Assembly: GCF_031769215.1 (NCBI RefSeq)
Contig: NW_026782104.1
Location: 310,001-374,000 of the forward strand
From: Ylistrum balloti
Taxonomy: Eukaryota
Reading direction: 5' to 3'
Length of the DNA: 64,000 bases
Part shown: piece by piece, positions 54,001 through 64,000 of the stretch
Layout: each line of letters opens with the position of its first letter
Numbering within the stretch: position 1 is the first letter of the stretch
Program-made: the position numbers and the translations under genes
Notes under the pieces: generated by a model
Told to the model about the DNA's origin: nothing
What the model saw: only the letters and a program-made list of their open reading frames with translations
Databases searched by the model: none

Positions 54001-57000
54001 CAGGTGGTTGTACACCTTGATATGTTTCTGATTAAATTAGATATAATTGGGGCAATATTTACTAATCAATGCAATGTTTTAAAAGTACGAAAAACCCCTT
54101 AGATTCCACGAAAAGATAGAGATATCGTAACCGTTTCTGTCTCCTCGTGTAAACAGATGTGTGCTATATAACAAAGGTTTACACTTTTTGTGACCCTGTC
54201 AAACATCTCATTTTCAGACTTACAAGTTTCTTTAGATCAACTTTTACTAGCATTATACAATATCAATCTTATCAAATATATACACTTGTTTGTGATGCGT
54301 GCGCTTCTTAAGTTGTTAGATGATGATAAAAGACCTCTTTGAGCGCAGGGAGGAATATCGCCCTCAATGGTACTGTAACAGGCTTTACAGCTGAATAACA
54401 ATGAATGTCTCCGTGGCTCTGGATCACTGCTTTTGAAATTATATGTGGACTTCTTCACATTGAAGTAACCAGCAATTGACTGCAGAGTGCGATATAGCGA
54501 TAATATCACATAATTTCACCGCGCACAGTTTTCCTCCTTACAAAGTTTTTTTTTCTTGCATTGAATTAAACCAAACAAACAAAAATAAAGAAACCAATGT
54601 ATGAATGTGAAAAAAATGAACTCAGAATTAGGACGCCATTTAATGTGTTTTATCGTTAACTACAACTCGTTTCCGTTTTGAAGTATATGCATTCCATTTC
54701 TGACTTTCGTTTTCATTGAAAATGAACTAGATCCGTAAGTTTGATGATATCCGACAAACAAAGTATCATTGTGCAGTATATCTATCAGAAAACGGCTAGC
54801 TAGTATGATATTCCTTGGATGTAGAGATACGGATATACAGTCATTGATAACAGATAAGAAACGTCAATATATATGCTGGTGCCACGTGGTGGTTATATCT
54901 CTAAATCTTATGGAATATTAAGATATATCCTGCCACGTATCTCCCAAATGCACTTATCATAAAGATAAGATTTTTGTTATATGTACAGATAAAAAGAAAA
55001 CTCAAACTCGATCAAATATAAATGTTGAATTTTCCTTCTTTGATGGGCCTAAGTCAATTCATTACACCATTATTTTCAAAGAGTGAAAAGCACTTAATGA
55101 ATATCTGAAAGATGTAAAGTCGTTTAGCTTATAAGTCTTCCTGCTGGGAAGAAAATTTGAGAGATACACAACTCCTCTTGAACAAGTTGAATTGAGTTTT
55201 GCTAGTCAACCTATTAGATCTGTTGGAAGTGCTAAAGAAGAGCATGTGTTGTATCGGTCGTGTATCTCTTTTCTACACCTGTTAGGCCGACAGTCCAACT
55301 TGTATTTCCCTTTGAAAGCCCGACTATCTTCTACGTGTATTACAAACATAACACTAACATAAACACTAAAAAATGTTTTTGAATATTTAAAGCTGCGTAT
55401 CGATATTAAATCGCAAATATTATGTGTACACCATATTTATCGAAACCAGATTCAATTTAGCTATTTGATATCGCAGATGCAGCACTCTACATATTTGTAT
55501 GTCCACAAGTGTTTTAAGAAAATTATTGAAAATGGCTTTTCGTTTGAAGTTAAAAATGTTTCAATTTAAGTTTTCTCTAACAGATGCCAAACATAAATTG
55601 AACGAAAACGGCAATTATCTGTTTGTTTCGACATATTGTAAACTATTCTTTTTGATGCGTTTCGGTTACAGTTGTAATAGTCTCTTTCGTATTTGATTTG
55701 TTCCCATTGCCAAGTCTCATTTTAAACCAGAATCAAGCACTATGTTAAAAGCACATTAAATCTACATTAAGTTGGTCTGAAATCGGTTCTTCATATTGTT
55801 GATCTTCGTCCAAACAAGATGCTAAGATATTCATTGTTTAGGATGCTTTTTACCGTAAAGCAATTCCATCTTCGACAATTATTGTTATCTCCCACTAGCT
55901 TGAAGGCAAGTCAGCTACCTATTCCCAGTAATTACACACAACAAATTGGTACAGTTTACGGGCAACTATAGTGGACCCCCATTTTGTATTGACTTACATG
56001 TAAAGACTGATAGATAATGCTAGAAAACAACGCTAGTAGTCATACCGCTATGGAAATTAATAATTTTATCGAAATATAGTGCTCTGTTGGGAACTGGACA
56101 ACTGGACAAATAGCTCCAAAGCTCTTTTATCTCATCAATTATGAGCGATGGCAACACCTGTCATGGTGTGGAATCACCCTGGGCTTCGTCATTAACGTTA
56201 TGAAGTTCGGATAATTCCATCTGAAATTTGTGGAGCAGTTCACTTTAATGAATATCAAGATAATTGCAAAGAATAAAATCATTGATCTTTTATATGGTAT
56301 TATTTATATACTTGATTATTTCAATCGTTATTGTAATTAATTAGAAGTTCGACCCATCATTTCTTGTTAGTTATTATAATATTAATATGTTTCAAATATC
56401 GCAACATAATGTTTAAGGATATATACATATTAGTAGACTATTCTGCCATTTCGACAACATCATATTTCTTCTTCCTTTTTTAAAAGAGAGAATAGGTAAT
56501 TATTGATGAATTCAATTTTTCTCAGTTGAACATCTTAATTAAAACAAAATGTAAGGTATAAGGCATATATATTGCTGACATATATCTCAATGTTATTCAA
56601 TTCGAACATGACTGATAAGAAACTGAAACTACATATAAATAACCTTATCAATAAACGACAAAGTCTTTAAACTGATATAAAGTTATATAAACTATTTTCC
56701 AGATAAGTCGTGCCTTTGATAAAGGGAGATAAATCTCTCGATAAATAATCAACAGCCTATTAAGATATGTTATCAAATGTGCTAGTATTCTTTTCTTTGT
56801 TTTAACATAATGATATTCGTTATTTCAATAGCATATATAGTGTAATATTTTATAATTTTCATCATCTTTATTTCATCTTTTTAATCTTTTATATATCAAT
56901 TCTAAATTGGAATGTCTAAGGTCCCCAATTGATAATCAAACTGTATTTTTTTTAAAATTTATGTCATTTTAGTGGTTGCATGTATAACTAACGTGTACGA

Positions 57001-60000
57001 TACTATTAAATGTCAACCTTTGAAAGCTTCATTATATACATTTGTAAAATGCCTCAATTATTGTATTATCAGCCACCTGTTAACACTACTAATGAATCTG
57101 TTTCGAATTGAGAGATCCAACAAGGTGATAATACAACATGTGTATGATAGATCAAAGCCAGGCTTTTTACAGGTAGTATGTTATTAAATCTTTGTGTATC
57201 ATTCCATACAGGATAATATGAGTATATTTACAGTAAAGTAGGAATTTCATATTGCTGAAAACGGAAATGTAAGTTGACCATCTGATCCTTAACTTCAAAA
57301 CCAAATTAAGAAGAAAGAGAAACACTTATGTTTTTTCTTTATTAGTTACACTTTATTGTTCATGTTAGTAATCCTAATTTGATGAAGAAACATTGTTGTT
57401 TTATAAGCATAGTTTGATCAAATGAAATGAATATGTAATTTAGACAAAACTCGTGACCATAATTGATATTGTATAACATATAAAATGATAATATTAGCAT
57501 GTGATATATCATATCAGGGTTAACTTGAGAACGATATTAGCACGTTTGCTGCTTTGAGTTAGCAAATAATGTCATATTTGTTTTTACCGTCACTTTTTTT
57601 AAATAGAAAATATGTTGGTGACCGATGATTTTTTAATTTCTTTTAGTGAATTAATTTTATTTCTGAAACAAACTTCATGTTTTAAATTGATTTTTCCCAT
57701 ATTTGATATTGTTGCTTTAAATGATGAAATACGACAGTGTAAATTTTGCATTGTCCACATAATACGAAAAGGATAAACACGGAATATGTAGAAAGTATGA
57801 TTCTGCGTTATTTTAAAAAAAAAGGACCTATGCAAGTAATCATATGACAACGTAGTATTGATGTTTTGTATCATGATTTAAATAATGACAACAAAACAGA
57901 GCATATGTTTAAAAATACTTTACATGTCATGTTGTCGAGGTATGCATTTTATCAGTTTATTGTTATTGAACATTTCAATATTTCTTTTGTGAAAGTACAT
58001 AAAGAGACCGACATCAGTAAACAACTGAAAGCATAATATTATTGTTTTATGGATTTAAAATACAAAGTTATTTTACTTATTGTCTCGATTGTTATGCATC
58101 TCATGACGAAGATACCAATTGCATTTTCAAAATACGCACGCACTCACTCTCCCTATGACACTTGTGTTTTTTAAAGTGATGTTGTTGTAAAGAAATAAAC
58201 ATATTCCATATATTTTTAATAATAGCCAGTAAATGATGCATTATAATATGTTGCCTTCGACAATATATCAAAAGAATCTATATTGATTCACAAGAGGAAG
58301 TTCAATTAAATAAAATAATATTTTTTTAGTCACAGACATTTCAAACAATACATTAAGACTAAGAAGTAATACATTTAACGATGACTTTTTTGGAAGACTT
58401 CCTATATAACAATTATCATTTTTCACTGACATATTTAATTCATGTGGTACTGGTAATAGTATTAATGAAACCGGCATTCCTGGATGTATAATTATTATCA
58501 TAGTGAATATAGGTATATCACCTCGACAGCTTACATAGCGCTAGGTGAAATGTCGATCCCTGGCTTAGGCAGACAGGCAAATCTAATGTGTGGAGCGGTA
58601 AGGTAGGAAGCGATACTATCTCCACCTACAGGCTCAAGACAGCGTCTATCACTATTTTGTCATCTTTATTGGAGAAGTAGATATTTATCGCCGATATATA
58701 TTTAATTCCACATTAATCAGATCAATTTTCGATAACCTATACTCATATCATACACGTTTGTAGACATCATCTGTGTTCAGGCTGTTAATAAGGTTATAAA
58801 TATGCAAAACACTTGTATCAATATCGTAGATCTGCACAATAAGGATGAGATACCGTCAGATCTTTATGCATACGAAAGAGGTGTAGATTTCTCTGAGATT
58901 TTACTTATACTTACACCCAATGATATGCTATGCATGTGAAGGAATCGCAATAGGTTACTTTGACATGAGGTGAACAGTGTTAATCCGTACTGCATTATGC
59001 TTAACTATGATATTGAACACCAAGAGTCAAATTGATTAGTTTATTGTGTCACTTTGACATATGGTATTAACTTGTGTTGTTAAGTATTGAAAACTTTATC
59101 AACAATACAGCAAACATAAACACAAACGGAGTTTAATATCAGAAAGAAAAATTCTACTCCGGTCTTTGACAATTCTAGCCGTATGTCTCATAGAATATTT
59201 ATAAATATTTCACGTTTTTATTTCCTCGAACAGTGTAGCAACCTTCCATGGTTTAAGTCATAAACCATGTGCATTGGAGGTAGTAGTGGTTTTGGCCCTG
59301 TGGTATCATGTGGTATCTGTATTCGATAAAGATCAAAGATTTCCTACAATTGAAGCAAGAAAATAATCTTGATAAACCTTTAATGGTTTTGTGAAATTCG
59401 AAAAGATAGAACGAAATGTCACAAAGATCAATTAGGAGGTTATTTTCAGTCATGCTGTCTAAATTTCATACAAAGGTAAAGGTTCTAATGAGAAACATAA
59501 TTCTTAACATAGACGTGGAGTAGTGTTATTATTTTCCTCAATATTTATTGTTTTGATAAGATTACATAACCATTTTTTAATCCTTTGTTATGGATGGTCA
59601 AAAGGCATTATCAAAAATAATTCGGTTTACGAGAAATATTTTCACGTGATATTTATAATTTTTAAATATACCAGAAAATTAAAGACAAAGTTATTATGTG
59701 ATCTAAAATTTCTTTAAAAAAAGAACGTTTTTGTTTCCATTTAACTATGAGAGAAATGTTATTAAATATCATGTTTATAACTGTGTAGTCCGCAAGTAAA
59801 TGGGGAAACATTAACGGACACGGAATAAAGACTTCGCTTGGAGACATAAAGGCATAAATATTAGCCTATTTCGGAAAAATACATTGGATGTGTCATCCAT
59901 AATTATCTTATTTGTACAGAATATGACATAACACTACTCGTTTATTTTCACAATAATACCTAGTTAATTGGTTGAAAACATAATCATGGTAATAAACTGA

Positions 60001-62380
60001 TAAAATAATTAATAATAAAAGTCAGTGCATTGATTATGAAATATTCATGAAATATCATATAAATTATGATTTCATTTTTTCATTGCATAAACATTATGAC
60101 TAGATATATAATGATACGGTTTTACATTTTTCAGAGGTGACATTATTTGCTGTACCTAAATGATATCATTCCGCTTTAAAACTTTAAAACGTTTGGACCC
60201 AATTTTAAAATATTCATCTCATTTAACTTACCTTTGATGTTTGAGTGAATTTTAAATCGTTTCAAAAATAAATTTCTTACGTGGCTGTTTGTACATTACG
60301 GAACAACGGAATTATTGTATAATAACATATATAAAATAGAGCGTGATTGGGTTACTCCCCGACCTGTGTAAAGCGATCACCACTTGATGGTGGTTTACCT
60401 TTATCATAGCACCATCTCGATATTCATCAACGATTATAATGAAAGCAAAATGACCACATTTTGACCTTTTCTGAATCAGTGAGTTTAGTGAATTACTTTC
60501 TCATGTGATCGAAGGAATAATGATGGGAAAAAACTTCATCATACATACCTCATACATATATACACACATGTACATTTAATGCGTCTACAACTGGACTTAC
60601 TGTGTTATGCATGCCTTTACTAAAAGCATTTTTAAACTGTAAAACATTACAAACGTCACTGAATGAATTTGTAGAAATGGAGAATATGAGCAGAGTCAAA
60701 AGCAAACATAGATATACATAAATATTACTAATTGTTGATTGTAATATCTAATAATGAAAACTCGATTTTAATCTCATTCGAAACGAAAAAACAACACTGC
60801 ATGCACATTTCATCAGTCCATTTTCTAAAATCTTAATCGATTCAATATATACATTGTTATATAGTATGCTCTGATAATATGCCTGCTTCTTTTTTAATTC
60901 AATTGCTTTGAATTTTTGTCATTAAATTGCTCTCATTTAAGGTGTCACTATTTATTTGCTACCTGCCCAAATATCATAATCATAACATATTTTGTTTATT
61001 TATCTTGACAGCTCCTTTGGCAGCAATATAACAAAGCAAGGATATATATTCTAAAAGCAGTACGATTTTGTTGCGAGATATTATTTTTAAAAAACGCATC
61101 CTAACAATGTGATATGTTTTAAGCAATATGTATAAAATTATCATAGAAAGATAATCATGTCCAATTAATGAAGCGTAACATTATTGTTTTTCTTCGCTTG
61201 TTCGCTTGTGTATTTACATGACAAACTAATTTCATTGATTTCTTATCTATAAATGTAGATTTCAATGTTTAACCATCAGGAATTATTTATGCAGTGTCTA
61301 AATTTGTTTTCTCTAAAGGATCAAACATCCCACTATTGAGTCAACCGGTGCTGTCATTGACACAAGCAAAACAAAAACAGAAAACCAAAACAAACAAAAT
61401 ATCAAAAATACATCTTTATAATTAACCGATAGTTTATCATAACTTATAATCTACAATATCAAATAAAGGTATAAATATATATTCTGTAATAATATTACTT
61501 CATACAGCAAGCTAACAATAACATTGTAAACATACGATGTATTGAGATTAAATATTTACAAACAAATTTGAATAACAAAACAACATTTATTTTATAGGAA
61601 ATAGATACATTTATTCATTAAATTCCTTATCACAATTAATATATATTTAAAGTGTTACAATAAAAGTATATTGCACTTCAGTAATATAAATATGCTAGTA
61701 TTAATTACACTTATCTATCGATGTTGTAAAGCAGCAGATGCGATACATATTTCTAGACTAAGTATGCAAAATCAAATTAACAATTTCATGAGGACAATAA
61801 ACAGGTATTTGTTTACTTCATTACTCAACCTTCCCATGGTTATGTCTTTATACCTGTACTTTTGCTTTTTACAGATAAACATCCGTGTAGCGGTTGAATG
61901 CGTGGAAGTCACATATGGTGTGAAATTGACGAGACCAACTTAAAGTAGTGTTTGATATCCACAAATTCAATCAGTTTTTTTTAATTATTCGTCATCCAAT
62001 CCAGAGTTGAAATAAAGATGGTTCCTATGTTTGCAAATGAATATTGTATAAAATATCCTCTTCACGTCTACAAACATTTTCTTCCAATATCCACTCGGTG
62101 TAAAACATGACGCACTGATCAAGTATGTATACATTACCTATAATATACAAAATATTTTTAAACAAAGAATGAAAATTTAGAAAAGGTATTAACTTATCTA
62201 TGTATCAATCAATTGTTTGAGAACTTATAATGTATACAATTATTATGCAAATGTTCAATAAATATGTAAACTTAAACAGTACATTGTTGTTATTTCTTGC
62301 AAAGTTCCAACAATACGAAAATATTAAGTATTGGCTCTGTATCAGTTTATGCCCTGGAAGTATCACGGCATTTATAATCT

Positions 62381-62560
62381 CTATCCTCTCTTGTAACATG
62401 TTCTGCCCTGAGCAGGCCTTGCTTTTATTGACTTTAGATGTATGTCTTCGATAGTTCTGGACGGCTGCTCCTGTGCCATCAGTGTCCGAATATGGTGAAG
62501 ATCGTATCTCGATGTCCGATAGGGGACCTTGCTGTAGAATGAGTATATCTTTACGAAGCC
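62381..62560 (-). CDS. Candidate (terminal) exon of an unknown gene
   Basis: Acceptor-like TATACTTTTCAG| immediately 5' of 62560 on the minus strand, with locally raised GC. Two frames are open: GFVKIYSFYSKVPYRTSRYDLHHIRTLMAQEQPSRTIEDIHLKSIKARPAQGRTCYKRG* (ends 62381) and the frame of ORF 62205-62603. No recognised domain. Confidence 0.25.
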   Translation of the reverse strand, partial: GFVKIYSFYSKVPYRTSRYDLHHIRTLMAQEQPSRTIEDIHLKSIKARPAQGRTCYKRG

Positions 62561-63188
62561 CTGAAAAGTATACGCGACATTGAATTAACTTATATACATT
62601 CATAAAGATTTATAAAGGCAATTTGTGTTTTGAATGAGTGAATGTATTTAAAATATTCTCTCTCACGGTTTACAATTATTCAATTACGAATGCGTAAAAT
62701 TTTGTTAGACATTTCTTTATCCCATTTCATTTGAAAAGTTTCCTGGTAATAATTTGATAACAATACTTACATTACGTAAAGTTAAGGTTTCCGCATTCAA
62801 ATATATATTATTGGTTTTTTTTTTACAATACCATTGGTAGCTAACCAGACTCGACCTATGTTGATACAGACAACTCATATATGTACTGTATCAATTGCAC
62901 TGCATAAGTGTACTGGCATTTTCCCTTATGTATACATGTATGCATAAGCACATATAAAAATAAACTGATCAAACAAAGTCATGAAAAAACTTATGCAATT
63001 TTGTTCATTAATTGGCTTTATTGTATCTAGCTCTAAACATTTGTCAATGGCTACTATTCACTAGTTTGTTTTTTGTACAGACACTGCTGGTTGACTGTTA
63101 TTTCCTAAGAATTGTCCTAACCTCCATTATAAGCTAAAATTCATTGGAATAGGGTATTTGACATTCCTTTAAAATTATGGCATAAAAA

Positions 63189-63392
63189 AATTACAGAGAG
63201 CGCAAATGCACCTCCCCATGTAGATTCTGACCGAACTTTTTTCACTAAGGGTTTTTCAGAGTCGTTCGAAAGGCTTCTAAATTTGGGACTTTAGCATCAG
63301 TGACGAGTCCTTTATGGACGAAACAGCTGTATGACGGAGTTTCATTCATTTATTGACTCTACTGTATCTAACTCTAAATTTGTATTGTACAA
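63189..63392 (+). mobile_element. Penelope-like element pLTR relic, copy C (HHR-bearing)
   Basis: Homologous to copies A and B on both sides of the HHR: GGCTTCTAAATTTGGGACTTTAGCATCA versus copy A GGCTTCAACATTTAGGCCCTTAGCATCA, and an identical 24-mer at 63363. Confidence 0.7.
63294..63337 (+). ncRNA. Minimal type I hammerhead ribozyme motif (degenerate), copy C
   Basis: GCATCA-GTGACGA-GTCC-TTTAT-GGAC-GAAA(63320)-CAGCTG-TA-TGACGG. Stem II is a perfect 4 bp, the ACAGCTGT palindrome is perfect and the triplet is GUA. The core has C3->G and distal stem I is eroded. Confidence 0.75.
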
Positions 63393-63609
63393 CCTTTGAG
63401 AAACATTTCTGAAGTTTATATTGAGGACATTTCATTATTCTGGTCCAGTTACGTATTTTAGAAGAAAAAAAAAGACAGAAAAAACTTGAAAAATGGGATA
63501 GGCGCTTCATGTAAATCATCTTAGATTGATATAATTAGGAAACACCGATAAAGAAAACTGTTACACAGACATAACTCATTTTTGTTGAGAAACCCCCGGT
63601 GTGGCGTTC

Positions 63610-63810
63610 TGATCGTGTGTGATCATTGCAGATCTACCTGATGAGAATGGCGTGACGCTATACCATTGATCTACTCAATTCCATTGCTCACAATGTAATG
63701 AATTCAACAGGTGCCTGAAATTTTCTGTTGTCAGGTCAATGCAAATTCGTCATTCAAAAATATCATTTTTCCTCGCTCTTTAGTGATATGGTAGAACATT
63801 TCCTTCACCT
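63610..63810 (+). mobile_element. Degraded non-LTR retrotransposon (LINE) ORF2 3' end
   Basis: 63750-63800 translates SFKNIIFPRSLVIW*N, resembling the 'SFK.SFFPRTI..WN.LP' C-terminal motif of CR1/L2-type LINE ORF2 (recalled). Multiple stops upstream. Confidence 0.35.
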
Positions 63811-64000
63811 GATTTAGCGGAGTCATCGGCGTAAATGGAGGAATTTGTCAGAGTAACGAGAAGAAAGCCATTTGTTACCCTTTATTGAGTCTGTATGAAT
63901 CTTGTTTCCGACGCGGTAATATTAGATACATTGTCAAGTCTGTGAACGCCACCATTGAAGACAGGCCGATGTTCTTATACGAAGGTGTTACTTCTCTCAT

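Overview
AT-rich, non-coding-dominated eukaryotic DNA. The style of its repeat relics suggests an invertebrate, probably a bivalve mollusc (inference from recalled repeat motifs, not a database result). I recognise no intact protein-coding gene, rRNA, true tRNA or CRISPR array, and the ORF track looks like chance ORFs plus two ORFs created by a minisatellite. The best-supported signal is a family of three homologous elements (about 11.02-11.22 kb, 13.18-13.58 kb and 63.19-63.39 kb, all + strand). They carry minimal type I hammerhead ribozyme (HHR) motifs of the kind found in Penelope-like retroelements (PLEs), preceded by a conserved short peptide-coding tail. The 13.3-13.5 kb copy holds four directly abutting HHR-like units arranged A-B-A'-B' with a 91-nt higher-order period. 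Every individual HHR has at least one damaging change, but their consensus is canonical. Other content: a 29-bp minisatellite followed by (AAC)27, degraded SINE, PLE and LINE fragments, an inverted repeat pair, and a few weak exon candidates.
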